Shown in pieces: positions 18,344-29,138 of a stretch of DNA of 64,000 bases. The notes beneath the pieces are model-generated. The model was not told the DNA's origin, did no database searches, and worked only from the letters and a program-made list of their open reading frames with translations. A program made the position numbers and the translations under genes. The DNA comes from an uncultured Methanolobus sp. GTDB lineage: Archaea > Halobacteriota > Methanosarcinia > Methanosarcinales > Methanosarcinaceae. How positions within the stretch are numbered: the stretch's first letter is position 1; every line of letters starts with the position of its first letter. The stretch lies in NCBI GenBank assembly GCA_963675495.1, contig OY776215.1:1728001-1792000 (forward strand). Reading direction: 5' to 3'.

Positions 18344-19912
18344 TTACTCATCAAATTTCAAAATTGTTGTTTTGAGGGTTGCCAGATCCACTACTGGAAC
18401 CTGCGCAGGAGTGGGGACTACATTTACCCTTTTCTGAAACTCAGTCTGGTCCTGCCAGGTTCCGGAATTTATCAGCAGGACATTCTTGTACCATTCAACA
18501 CCCACTGTATGTACGTGGCCACAATGAAGGATATCCGGTACATTTCCAATAACAAAATGATCTTTCTTCTCAGGTGCAATGGAAACACGGCTACCATATA
18601 TAGGGGAAAGATGCCTAAATTTCATCATTTCAACCATTGCCTTGGTAGGATCACCATATGATACACCAGGAACAGCTGCAACCAGATCATCGATCGAACG
18701 GCCATGATATAACATTACCTTTACACCATCCAGATCCACAATTGAAGGGTTTCCTACAAATGTCACGTTTTCAGGGAAATCCGCTCTTATTATCTCAGGT
18801 AATTTTGGCTGGGGTTCAGCCTGGCGGACAGCATCATGGTTTCCAGGAGAAATAATAATATGGATATGACTGGGTACCCTGTGGAAATATTCGGCTGCTT
18901 TTTTGTACTGATCATACACATCCAGAATTGAAAGTTCGTTTTCCTGTCCCGGGTATATGCCAACTCCGTCAACAAGATCACCTGCTACAAGGAGATAACG
19001 AACTTCCTTTGCAATGGCAGCCAATGCTTCATTGTCAGTATCACCATTCAAAAAATCAAGGAATCGCTCCCAGGGCTCTTCAAGAAAAGTTGAGCTCCCA
19101 ATGTGTACATCAGATGTAAGAATTGCCTTTCCAATAGTACCACTCCTCTTAATACTCGTATTCGGAAGATCCGGGAGAATTATCTTTTGTACTATCATTA
19201 GCTTGCCATCGTTTGTGAGTTTTCCTGTAAAACCGACAACCTCATCCAGCACCAGATGGCTGGCCTGTTCATAGAGATCTTTGTCTGCCATGCGTATAAG
19301 AACTGAGAATGAACCGGTCGGATCTTCGACTTCAAGTATCTTGTGACCATTGCTTGTGCTCTTTATATCAGATATCATGCCAATTACAGATATCTCTCCA
19401 GCTTCCTTATTTCCCCTGAAATTGCTTCTTTTACCCGTTTTCAGGCTCTCTATGGGACGGGCATTTACTCTACCTCGAATTATATCACTAATTCTGCTGT
19501 AACGGTTTCTGAAAAACTGGACAAATTCCATGTATTCACCGACACAAGTTGAATTATCTGTGATATCTGAAATCACGGAAACAGGACTATCAGAGTAGCA
19601 AAAATTACTTGAAGAGTCTCTAGAGCTGCTTAATGTCTGGTAGGAAGAATCGTAATCATTTTTGGATACCTCATTCTGTGGACTCAGTTTAGAAGATGAT
19701 GTGAAACTTTCTTTTTCCACAGGAGTTACGTCACTAAATCCTTCAAGGTCGATATGGTCAACATCAATTACAAGCACAGAAAGATCGATATTCTCAAGTA
19801 TGTATGCAACAAGTTCCTTAGGGGAACAATGAGAGCATATTAGGTCCACTGCTTCAGGACTTATCTGGTAGCCTTCTTCAATAAAGACAGTCAAAACATC
19901 AATTTCATTCAT
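18344..19912 (-). CDS. polB: DNA polymerase II (PolD) small subunit DP1
   Basis: OB fold plus calcineurin-like phosphoesterase motifs SDVHIGS, AGDLVDG, PGNHD, YHGRS, HCGHVH. Confidence 0.95.
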   Translation of the reverse strand: MNEIDVLTVFIEEGYQISPEAVDLICSHCSPKELVAYILENIDLSVLVIDVDHIDLEGFSDVTPVEKESFTSSSKLSPQNEVSKNDYDSSYQTLSSSRDSSSNFCYSDSPVSVISDITDNSTCVGEYMEFVQFFRNRYSRISDIIRGRVNARPIESLKTGKRSNFRGNKEAGEISVIGMISDIKSTSNGHKILEVEDPTGSFSVLIRMADKDLYEQASHLVLDEVVGFTGKLTNDGKLMIVQKIILPDLPNTSIKRSGTIGKAILTSDVHIGSSTFLEEPWERFLDFLNGDTDNEALAAIAKEVRYLLVAGDLVDGVGIYPGQENELSILDVYDQYKKAAEYFHRVPSHIHIIISPGNHDAVRQAEPQPKLPEIIRADFPENVTFVGNPSIVDLDGVKVMLYHGRSIDDLVAAVPGVSYGDPTKAMVEMMKFRHLSPIYGSRVSIAPEKKDHFVIGNVPDILHCGHVHTVGVEWYKNVLLINSGTWQDQTEFQKRVNVVPTPAQVPVVDLATLKTTILKFDE

Positions 19913-20056
19913 AATAATAGCAGGTTAAAATGTAGATCATATTACAATAACATAACTTACAAAATGATTTTAAACCATAAACATTTTATTTTTTGCAAAT
20001 ATACTCCTTAACTCATAAATACATTCTTTTATTTGACCAGAACATAGGTAAGAATA

Positions 20057-20617
20057 ATGAACTTAAAAGACACTTTTCATAATTTCAAAGAAAGTGATAA
20101 CTTCTTTGTTTCACTTGCTAGGGACATTCTAACTGTCCTGTTAGCCGTATTGATATTTGCATCTTTCTCTCAAGTGGTCTTTGGGATGTGGACTCCTATG
20201 GTCGCTGTAGAATCAGGAAGCATGGAACCACACATGAATATCGGGGATATAATTTTTATCCAGAATATTGATCGAACACAAGTTATAACATATGAAGATG
20301 GCATGGATAACTACACATCCTTTGCCTATCCAGGAGATGTAATATTATACAAGCCCTATGGACAGGAAGGTGTCACACCTATTATTCACAGAGCAATGTA
20401 TTATGTCGAAGAGGGTGACACTATGTGGGAAGGAGGACCTGCTGCACCTCATGCCGGTTATATCACAAAAGGTGACAATAAAATAACGAATAAGTACTAT
20501 GATCAACAAGGACAGGTAAGTTACCAGATGCCTGTCAAAGAAGAATGGGTTATAGGCATCGCACGTTATAAGATTCCGTATATAGGATATCTCCGTTTGA
20601 TGATTCCAAGCTTCTAA
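20057..20617 (+). CDS. Signal peptidase I (S26/Sec11-type)
   Basis: VESGSMEP, PIIHRA and TKGDN motifs. Confidence 0.92.
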   Translation: MNLKDTFHNFKESDNFFVSLARDILTVLLAVLIFASFSQVVFGMWTPMVAVESGSMEPHMNIGDIIFIQNIDRTQVITYEDGMDNYTSFAYPGDVILYKPYGQEGVTPIIHRAMYYVEEGDTMWEGGPAAPHAGYITKGDNKITNKYYDQQGQVSYQMPVKEEWVIGIARYKIPYIGYLRLMIPSF

Positions 20618-20626
20618 ATTTTTTTA

Positions 20627-21862
20627 TCATAGATGTAGTTGAGTTGTGAGGACAGGTTTGAAGGATTCTAGTGGTTTGAGCCTGTAGTCCTCGAACAATA
20701 CTTTTTTTGTGCTGTTTATAGGAACGCTCAACACTATTTCTTTTGTTCTTCCATACCTGCCTTTACTTACGACAACAGCATTTACTATCCCAAGCATATC
20801 AAGTTCTGACATTAGATCCGTCACCCTGCGTTGTGTAAGGATGTCCATATCGACCTGCAAACATAACTGACGATATACGTTGTACACTTCACCTGTTGTT
20901 ACATTCTTATAACCATTATTTCTCAGTACCATTACACTGTAAAGCGCAAGTTTTGACTGAGTTGGAAGAGTCCGTACGACTTCAACTACACGATCGACCT
21001 CAATTTTTTCCTGGGCACCTTTTACATGTTGCTCTTCAACACGAGATTTACTCTCTCTTTCTGCAATTTCACCGGAAACTCTTAACAGATCAAGAGCACG
21101 CCTTGCATCACCATGCTCCTGAGCCGCAAAAGCAGCACATAAAGGAATGACCATATCATCAAGTGCATCAGGTTTGTAAGCAATCTTAGCTCTTTCATGA
21201 AGAATATCACTTATCTGATCAGCATCATAAGGTGGGAAAATAATTTCTTCTTCACCAAGCGAACTCTTGACCCTGGGATCAAGGAATTCAGTAAATTTAA
21301 GATCATTTGAAACTCCGATCATACTGACCTTTGAATTTTTAAGATCAGTATTGATTCTTGAAAGATTATATAGAACATCATCACCTTTCTTAATCAATTT
21401 ATCAATTTCGTCTAAAATTATAATGACAACTTGTTTTTCAGTATCAATTGTTTCTTTGAACTTGAAAAAGACCTGATCTGTTGGCCAACCAGTCATTGGA
21501 ACATCTTCTCCAAACTGACGTGTGAGATTTGCAAGAAGTCGATATTGAGTATCAATAACTTCACAATTAAGGTAAACGACTTTACAGGAGAGACCAAGTG
21601 TTTCTCCTTTTCTTTCCAGTTCGATCCCAACATTTCTGGTAACCGCAGTTTTACCTGTACCAGTCTTTCCATAAATAAGAATATTAGAAGGTGTATCTCC
21701 TCTGAGTGCTGAAACAAGAATTGACGCAAGACTATTGATCTGATCATCACGATGAACAAGTGAATCAGGAGTGTATGAATGCCTTAAAACCTCTTTATTT
21801 TTGAAAATAGGTTCATTTTCCAGAAGTTCCTGAAAAAGACCGTCTAATGATTTACTTTCCAT
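20627..21862 (-). CDS. cdc6: Orc1/Cdc6 replication initiator
   Basis: Walker A GKTGTGKT, Walker B ILDEID, GDARRALDLLR, C-terminal WH domain with SKGRYGRT. Confidence 0.97.
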   Translation of the reverse strand: MESKSLDGLFQELLENEPIFKNKEVLRHSYTPDSLVHRDDQINSLASILVSALRGDTPSNILIYGKTGTGKTAVTRNVGIELERKGETLGLSCKVVYLNCEVIDTQYRLLANLTRQFGEDVPMTGWPTDQVFFKFKETIDTEKQVVIIILDEIDKLIKKGDDVLYNLSRINTDLKNSKVSMIGVSNDLKFTEFLDPRVKSSLGEEEIIFPPYDADQISDILHERAKIAYKPDALDDMVIPLCAAFAAQEHGDARRALDLLRVSGEIAERESKSRVEEQHVKGAQEKIEVDRVVEVVRTLPTQSKLALYSVMVLRNNGYKNVTTGEVYNVYRQLCLQVDMDILTQRRVTDLMSELDMLGIVNAVVVSKGRYGRTKEIVLSVPINSTKKVLFEDYRLKPLESFKPVLTTQLHL

Positions 21863-22007
21863 TTACTTATTCCACCCTATCCTAAAAATTTAAAGATGTT
21901 ATAATGCGATTAATTTAGAAGGACACAATCAATAATGTGATTGGTTTTTATCTCTTTATTCCAAACGCTACATTGGAAGGAGAGGTTATTAATGTTTATG
22001 GTTTAGA

Positions 22008-22436
22008 CCCCTTGGTTTCAACTGGAATCCAATATAAAAATGATACAATGTAATATAATCAATATGCGCAAAAACATCTAAAAAAATATAATTAGTTCTG
22101 TATATAAGCAAGTATGTTTCTCATGGAACTTAACCCCTTGATTTCAACTGGAGAGTTTATAAAGAACTGTGACCCTATGATTTCAACTGGAGTAGAAAAA
22201 AAAGATATGGACTATCTTTTTAAAAAATAGAAAAAAAAGATTTCAGTGTAAGTATCTGAATAATTGTATATAAAGCTTTCTCTCAGAATAATGAGTTTTT
22301 GGAACAAAATAGATTTGAGTTATTTTTTTAATGTATTTCCAGTTGAAACAATGGGGTAGCACATATGACTAAACTTTTTTAGAAATGTATGCCAAATTAA
22401 TTTTTTCATTTCAAGGTTCCAGTTGAAATGATGGGG
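22008..22436. other. Replication origin oriC with five ORB elements flanking an AT-rich DUE
   Basis: TCCAGTTGAAA-N4/5-GGG(G) on the minus strand at about 22008-22026, 22134-22152 and 22173-22191, and on the plus strand at about 22337-22356 and 22417-22436; directly upstream of cdc6. Confidence 0.93.
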
Positions 22437-22730
22437 TTACAGTACCAAATCTAGAACAAAATTTTAGTGCTTCTTCAGGCTTAAACTCATCCTAAAACAA
22501 AATATATATTTCATCATATTAAATAATCCAATGTTTGTACTACAACACATTTTATTTATCTTAACATAATCCTATTCCAAAATAAAAATTAAATAATACA
22601 AAAAAGAATTTGATAAGATACCATTAGCAAAGGAATCTAAAATAAAAAAAATTCAACATTTTTTTAAAACACTTTTCTGACAAATTTCTAACACAATTCT
22701 TTTAAATATCTTCTATTATTCATATAGCAA

Positions 22731-23876
22731 ATGAAAGAAACTGGCCTATCTGAAGAGGAAATAAGAAGTATCCTGAACGATTCAAAAAGGCAAGACCTAA
22801 AATATGAACGGGTACTAAGTTCTATGTGCACTTATCCTCACAAAATAGCTGTTGAAGCTCATACCCAGTTCATAGAATCGAACATGGGTGATTTTGGTCT
22901 TTTTCAAGGTACTTATAATTTGGAAAAAGAAGTACTTACTATGTTAAGTCATCTTTTGCACCACCCTGATGCATCAGGTTACACTACTACAGGTGGAACT
23001 GAATCGAATATCCAGGCCATACGTTCCATGCGGAACCTTTTCCTTCAGAGATCAAACTGCAATAAACCTAATCTTATTGTCCCGGATTCAGCTCATTTTT
23101 CTTTCGATAAAGTATCCGATATTCTTGATGTAGAATTGAGAAAAGCCAGGCTTGATGCTGATCTTAGAGTATCTGTTGATTCGGTTAAATCTCTTATAGA
23201 TGAAAATACAATAGGTCTTGTTGCTATAGCAGGCTCAACGGAATTTGGTCAGGTCGATCCTATTGGTAAACTATCTGAAATTGCGCTACAAAACAATATT
23301 TTTTTACATGTTGATGCTGCATTTGGTGGATTTGTCCTTCCATTTCTTGAGGAAAAGCATGAATTTGATTTCATGTTACCAGGTGTAACATCGATTGCGA
23401 TCGATCCACATAAAATGGGCCTGAGTACGATACCATCCGGTGTTCTTCTATTCAGGAATTTTGATTTTCTTCAAAGTCTCAAAGCAGATACTCCTTATCT
23501 GACAGTTTCCACCCAATATACTCTTACAGGAACCAGAAGTGGAGCTTCTGTTGCAGCAACATATGCAGTTATGAATTTTTTGGGAAAAGAGGGTTACAGA
23601 AAAATGGTTTCGCAATGTATGGACTTAACCCATTATCTTCTGAAAAGTCTTGCAGATATCGATATCTATCCACTAATTGAACCTGTAATGAATGTAGTTG
23701 CACTGGAAGTTCCAAAATCGGATATTGTCAGAAGCAGGCTTGCAAAAGAATTCAACTGGCAGGTTTCGATAACCCAGAATCCTCATGGTTTACGTCTTGT
23801 CATAATGCCCCATGTGACTTTTGAAATGATAGATTCTTTTGTGCAAGATCTGAAACAGGTTCTTCAGACAATCTAA
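22731..23876 (+). CDS. mfnA: L-tyrosine/L-aspartate decarboxylase (PLP-dependent)
   Basis: [21 protein letters not shown] and IDPHKMG motifs. Confidence 0.93.
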   Translation: MKETGLSEEEIRSILNDSKRQDLKYERVLSSMCTYPHKIAVEAHTQFIESNMGDFGLFQGTYNLEKEVLTMLSHLLHHPDASGYTTTGGTESNIQAIRSMRNLFLQRSNCNKPNLIVPDSAHFSFDKVSDILDVELRKARLDADLRVSVDSVKSLIDENTIGLVAIAGSTEFGQVDPIGKLSEIALQNNIFLHVDAAFGGFVLPFLEEKHEFDFMLPGVTSIAIDPHKMGLSTIPSGVLLFRNFDFLQSLKADTPYLTVSTQYTLTGTRSGASVAATYAVMNFLGKEGYRKMVSQCMDLTHYLLKSLADIDIYPLIEPVMNVVALEVPKSDIVRSRLAKEFNWQVSITQNPHGLRLVIMPHVTFEMIDSFVQDLKQVLQTI

Positions 23877-24125
23877 TTTGGTTGAAATTCAAAATAAAAA
23901 ATGGATATTTGAAAAATAAAAATTTGAGGGGATGAGGCTAGATGGCACCTGGCCTTGAAACGTGTAAGGCGTGTGTTCATCTTGCCCGTCTTATTCTAAA
24001 ATAGATCATTTTTACATATACCCTTAAGCCAAGCAGGGTGAAAGTATTCTATAATACTATTTTATGGGTCTAACTTCACATAAAAATTAGATAAAAATAA
24101 ATATGAACCCATCTAACATGTTGTC

Positions 24126-25217
24126 ATGAATACTTCATTGAAGATTGGAAGCATTATGGGAATACCTATTAAGCTTCATATTACTTTTTTATTGATTCTT
24201 CCAGTTTTTGCTCTTGTTTTTGCCACAAATCCGCAACCCTATGGTTTTGCAGATGTAGGTTCAAGTACTGAGGTTTATGCTCTGTCCCTTTTAACAACAA
24301 TATTGTTATTTGGCTGTATTCTGCTCCATGAGCTAGGTCATTCTTACATAGCTAAAAGTTATGGTGTTGAGATCAAGGATATAACCTTGTTGTTATTTGG
24401 TGGCGTTTCTTCCATGGAAGAGATTCCCAGGAATCCTTCCCAGGAATTTAAGATGGCATTTGCAGGACCATTTGTAAGCCTGGTCATAGGTTTTGGTCTT
24501 CTCGCATTACACATAATGGCTATTTCATTCATACCATCGTACAGTGGTACTTCCATTTATCTAATGGTGGGAATCCTGGCTTCTATCAATATAGTCCTGG
24601 CGATTTTTAATTTGCTTCCGGCTTTTCCCATGGATGGGGGAAGGCTTCTTCGTGCCTGGTATGCAAAAAGAATGAGCTATGTAAAAGCAACTCATTATGC
24701 TGCTTACATTGGTAAGATGTTCGCTTTTCTTATGGGTGTCATTGGTTTGTTCTCAAATCCATGGCTCATTTTGATAGCCTTTTTTGTTTACATTGGTGCC
24801 TCCGAAGAGGACAAACAAACAACTGTGTCAGTAAGTCTTGAAAAGCACAAGGTTGAAAATGTAATGTCAAAGGAAGTAGTTTCGGTTCTCCCTGAAATGA
24901 CAGTAGAGGATCTCTCACATTTTATGTTTGAGAAAAAACATTTGGGATATCCTGTAATTAAAGGCAATTCTTTAAAAGGGATTGTGACCTTTACAGACAT
25001 ACGTAATGTTCTTCCGCATGAGCGCTATGCAACCCTTGTGTCCGATGTCATGACAAAGGATGTGATCTCATTACCTTCAGGTGCCAATGCGGCAGAAGCT
25101 TTCAAAACAATGACTGTCAACAATATAGGTCGTGTTCTGATAGTAGACGATGATACTGTAAAAGGTATCCTTTCCAGAACAGATCTTATGCGATTATTAA
25201 TGTTAGAGAGTGAATAA
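24126..25217 (+). CDS. Site-2 (M50) zinc metalloprotease with CBS pair
   Basis: HELGH and NLLPAFPMDGGR motifs; two CBS domains. Confidence 0.93.
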   Translation: MNTSLKIGSIMGIPIKLHITFLLILPVFALVFATNPQPYGFADVGSSTEVYALSLLTTILLFGCILLHELGHSYIAKSYGVEIKDITLLLFGGVSSMEEIPRNPSQEFKMAFAGPFVSLVIGFGLLALHIMAISFIPSYSGTSIYLMVGILASINIVLAIFNLLPAFPMDGGRLLRAWYAKRMSYVKATHYAAYIGKMFAFLMGVIGLFSNPWLILIAFFVYIGASEEDKQTTVSVSLEKHKVENVMSKEVVSVLPEMTVEDLSHFMFEKKHLGYPVIKGNSLKGIVTFTDIRNVLPHERYATLVSDVMTKDVISLPSGANAAEAFKTMTVNNIGRVLIVDDDTVKGILSRTDLMRLLMLESE

Positions 25218-26655
25218 TTTTAGTAGTCTTAAAAGAGGATCTACATTGAAAAATGATAATTTGAGTGATTCACAGGAAAATGTTTCCGCTTACAATTACA
25301 ATAGCAGTGGCGGTAATTTGTACACGGAAGAGGATTCTGGAGAATCATCATTTTCAAGCTCAGGCCCAACTGAGATCGAAGTGATAAAAGAATTCATAGA
25401 GCCTGAAGAAGCAATTTCAGGTTCAGATTCTGAAAATATTAAAAAACCCACTGAGATTATACTTGTGGGAACAGCCCATGTGTCTGAAAAGAGTGTCAGG
25501 GAAGTAAATACGGCTATTGAAAGGGAAAAACCGGATATTGTTGCTGTAGAACTTTGCAGACCTAGATTTGAGGCAATCAAGGGCAATGTTCAAAATAGTG
25601 ACATACCTGTAAAAGAACTTCTCAAAGAAGGAAAGGTCTATTTCTATCTTGTACACATGCTGCTGGCTCATATCCAGAAGAAATTCGCTGATGACATGGG
25701 TGTGCAACCTGGTGCTGAAATGATAAGCGCTATTGAGGCCGCAGAAGCAAGTGGTGCACAGATCCTTCTTATTGATCGGGATATCCAGATAACTTTGCAG
25801 CGTTTCTGGGGCAAGATGGGTTTCATTGAGAAGCTGAAGATGCTTGCAGGTCTGATAGCTGCGGTTCTTGGCATTGGTGGCACCAAGGATATCGATATGG
25901 ATACGATCACAAATCAGGACATGGTTTCCATGCTTGTGGAAGAGTTCAGGGAAACATCACCAAATGCTGTCAAGGTCCTTATCGATGAAAGGGATGCATA
26001 CATGGCCAATAATCTTGTGCGGGCTGCTATTGGTGGCAATAAAAAGATCGTTGCTGTTGTAGGTGCAGGCCACAGGGCAGGTATCCAGCGTTATCTTGAG
26101 AATCCCAAGACCATCCCCACAGCTAATTATGCAGTAGAAGCCCCAAAAAAGCGATTTAGCATAATGAAATTGTTCGGAGTTTTGGTCGTTGCAATTGCCC
26201 TTGGAACCTTTGCATTGCTTATTCTGTCGGGAGTTCCGCTTGGAACCCTTGCTATTGCGTTTGGCTGGTGGTTCATCATAAACGGAGTGCTCAGCGCTGC
26301 CGGAGCAATCATTGCAAGAGGTCATCCGTATTCTGTGCTCACTGCTTTTTCGGTCGCATGGCTCACATCCCTGAACCCGATGATGGCAGCCGGATGGTTC
26401 GCAGGTCTGACAGAAGCTAAATACCGAAGTCCTACCACTGATGACTTCAAAGAGCTGGTTGAGATCGAGACAACCGATGACATGATGAAGAACAATCTCT
26501 TCCGTGTGGTAATGGTTGCAGCTCTGGCAAACCTTGGAAGTATGATAGGTACTTTCCTTGGTGTCTATGTAATGCTTGAGGTCACGGGAATTAATCCTAA
26601 GGAAATTATCCAGAACGGTATTAGTGCAGGACTTATGGCTATTGGAATGGGATAA
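25210..26655 (+). CDS. TraB/PrgY family protein
   Basis: VGTAHVS, VAVELC, ERDAYMA and VVGAGH motifs; C-terminal TM helices; start uncertain. Confidence 0.88.
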   Translation: MNNFSSLKRGSTLKNDNLSDSQENVSAYNYNSSGGNLYTEEDSGESSFSSSGPTEIEVIKEFIEPEEAISGSDSENIKKPTEIILVGTAHVSEKSVREVNTAIEREKPDIVAVELCRPRFEAIKGNVQNSDIPVKELLKEGKVYFYLVHMLLAHIQKKFADDMGVQPGAEMISAIEAAEASGAQILLIDRDIQITLQRFWGKMGFIEKLKMLAGLIAAVLGIGGTKDIDMDTITNQDMVSMLVEEFRETSPNAVKVLIDERDAYMANNLVRAAIGGNKKIVAVVGAGHRAGIQRYLENPKTIPTANYAVEAPKKRFSIMKLFGVLVVAIALGTFALLILSGVPLGTLAIAFGWWFIINGVLSAAGAIIARGHPYSVLTAFSVAWLTSLNPMMAAGWFAGLTEAKYRSPTTDDFKELVEIETTDDMMKNNLFRVVMVAALANLGSMIGTFLGVYVMLEVTGINPKEIIQNGISAGLMAIGMG

Positions 26656-26702
26656 TATTAATTCTTAGATCCCAATCCATTTTCTTTTTTGGATACATAC
26701 AC

Positions 26703-28007
26703 TCAATTATTTTTTTTAATACCAATTTCCTCAAATTTATCTGCAAGCCGATAGGATATGTCAGAAAGATAAGCTGTTCCCCACGTAGCTGCAAGGATAG
26801 CACCCAACATATCGAACACAAGGTCAATCATCGTATCGTGGATTCCATGCTGGGCCAGTATGGCCTCGTAACCAAGTCTTGACGTTAGCTCATCACTCGT
26901 GAATTCTAATATTTCCCACAAAACTCCAGTCGCAAGTATGAACAATAGAATAAAAAGGAACAATACTTTCGGTGGTATATAGATCTCATCGACATAGATA
27001 TCGATAGCTCTTATAAGCGTATATCCGGCAGCTGCCACAACGCATGCTGAAAGCGCATGGGTTATATTATCCCATCTCAGGATATTATCATAAAATGCAA
27101 AGGTCCCAATTAAATGAAGGAAAACAGCAAATGTGATCCATAAAGTAAGTCCGGTATCATGGGGAATATCATACTTGCGTGTGATAAAATACGGTACAAA
27201 AGTGAGGGTCAGACCTGCAGTTGCATTTATGGTTGTAGACAGGTCTTTTAAAATAATCCCTGCTATCAACAGCATGAAAAGAATTACCTGCATTATTCTT
27301 GTTGCAAGCTTCTGTTTTTCGTCAGAGATACCAAGTAATCTGCGAATAGGTGCAGGTGGTCTGGATGTAATATAATCAGTTGCCTCTTCGGACATTTGGA
27401 TAGGAACTTTGACATTGCCTGATTCTCTGGCTGATCTGAAGTACCAGCCAAAAAATGCTCCAGCTACAACACCGGTTATCGTGGCGTAGATGAATTCATA
27501 CATCACAGCGTCATTTATAGCGTCAGGTGTGCGTCCATCAAGGAGATAGCCAGTTCCAAAATTCATATCCAAAAGCCATTGCACCAGATGCCAGAGACCT
27601 GATATTGCAAGTGTTGCAGTAATGACAAGGAGTGTGGCGAATTTGGTATTCATCTTAACAGAAGTGAACCAACTTATTTCAGCTGCTACCAGCAGTGCGA
27701 TGGTAGCTACTGAAAGATAAAATGGTATGCTGGTGGAAAAGAAATAGTAAGCTGTCGAACTTCCGACAATGGGTATGATCGCTAATACAATGAAATACCA
27801 TGAAGGCATAACCGAGAGCTTGCGCATTATAATTGCGGGTGCTATTATTATGCATATCACAAAAGCAATAAGTATCGTCCACATGAACCTGCCGTAGATA
27901 AAATTCCCGATACACAGCAATGAAAGCATCAACACCATTGACCATCCGGCAAATGCATTGAGGGTTGTGTTCTTCAGAAGTTTGCTGAGTTTGTCTATTG
28001 GTTCCAT
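26703..28007 (-). CDS. Polytopic membrane protein with two related halves (DUF2238-like)
   Basis: Many TM segments; WDNITH, GVLWEILEF and DTMIDL in the second half, with degenerate GLWHLVQW and DAVMYEF in the first. Confidence 0.6.
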   Translation of the reverse strand: MEPIDKLSKLLKNTTLNAFAGWSMVLMLSLLCIGNFIYGRFMWTILIAFVICIIIAPAIIMRKLSVMPSWYFIVLAIIPIVGSSTAYYFFSTSIPFYLSVATIALLVAAEISWFTSVKMNTKFATLLVITATLAISGLWHLVQWLLDMNFGTGYLLDGRTPDAINDAVMYEFIYATITGVVAGAFFGWYFRSARESGNVKVPIQMSEEATDYITSRPPAPIRRLLGISDEKQKLATRIMQVILFMLLIAGIILKDLSTTINATAGLTLTFVPYFITRKYDIPHDTGLTLWITFAVFLHLIGTFAFYDNILRWDNITHALSACVVAAAGYTLIRAIDIYVDEIYIPPKVLFLFILLFILATGVLWEILEFTSDELTSRLGYEAILAQHGIHDTMIDLVFDMLGAILAATWGTAYLSDISYRLADKFEEIGIKKNN

Positions 28008-28135
28008 GATGATTCAGTCTATTATGGATGTTGCTCTCAGATAATCCTGCATTCCTGTCATATCTATTGAGTTTATTCAAATCATTTCAGAAAAAGAATG
28101 TGGGTCAAAAAAGAAAAGAAAAATGGAAAGAACCT

Positions 28136-29029
28136 TTAACAAAGGTCTTTCAAATGGAACTGGTACTTACCAAGCTTTCCGCCGTAGTTTCCTGCGGTGA
28201 TCTTTGAAACACCTGGAACTGCAACAGCTGCTTCGACACCAGCCTTCATTGCCTTCTGGATAGCATCCTCGTCAAGACCATTGATGACAAGCTCGTAAAC
28301 TGCCTTTACACCTTCTGGGATCTCAGTGCCTTCTACCTTGTCCCTGATGGATGGGCAGAACTTCTCGTTTGCAGTTGCCTTCATGAACTTGTAGTTGTTA
28401 AAACCTGCCTTGGAACCACTTGCAACAATTCCGCCTGGGAATGGGGTGATTGTACCGTCAAGGTCCTTGATAGCTTCTACTGCAACTTCTGCTGCTGTTA
28501 GTGCTGTCATCTGGCTGTCACCGAAGATAAAGAAGTTACCGCCTGCGATACCTGCAACAGCGCCGATGTTCTCTTCTACAAGGAAGTCACCCTCCATGAT
28601 CGGGACACTGTGCATCTTGCGGCCATCGATCTGCGTTTCGGATTCCATTCCGTCACCGAAGAACTTGAGTTTGAAGCCTACGTTGAACTGCTTCTCAGCA
28701 TCTGGAAGCCCATTGAAAACAGCTGTTGTTGGAGCTGTAAGTATGCACTGTCCGATGCGCTCAAGTAACTGGTGTTCAAGTGCTTCGTATCCGAAGGTGC
28801 AGATCTGGATGTAAACACCAGGTCTTCCGTCAGGTGTCTCGTCAGGACCAACGAACTTTTCGATTCCTGCTTCTGCAGGGCACATAATAACAGATGTTCC
28901 AAATCCGGTTGCTTCAAGTGCAGCTACTTCAGCCCAGTGTTTTGTTGCTGCGGTGATAAGTATTCTTGAAATTTTGATTGGAAACGCTTCTGCAAAAGTA
29001 TCTTCGATTTCTACTCCATTGATATCCAT
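28136..29029 (-). CDS. ftr: Formylmethanofuran:H4MPT formyltransferase
   Basis: [30 protein letters not shown] and AGNYGGKLG motifs. Confidence 0.97.
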   Translation of the reverse strand: MDINGVEIEDTFAEAFPIKISRILITAATKHWAEVAALEATGFGTSVIMCPAEAGIEKFVGPDETPDGRPGVYIQICTFGYEALEHQLLERIGQCILTAPTTAVFNGLPDAEKQFNVGFKLKFFGDGMESETQIDGRKMHSVPIMEGDFLVEENIGAVAGIAGGNFFIFGDSQMTALTAAEVAVEAIKDLDGTITPFPGGIVASGSKAGFNNYKFMKATANEKFCPSIRDKVEGTEIPEGVKAVYELVINGLDEDAIQKAMKAGVEAAVAVPGVSKITAGNYGGKLGKYQFHLKDLC

Positions 29030-29138
29030 AATAATCCCTTGGTTTAAATTAAAATTATAGTTGTGAATATATTACATGTCAACCCAACTATAGCATAATA
29101 CAACACAATTACAATACATATACTCTTCGAAAAGGAAC

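Noticed and set aside
22008-22436. CRISPR array
   Set aside because: The repeats are irregularly spaced, occur in both orientations, match the ORB consensus next to cdc6, and no cas genes are present.
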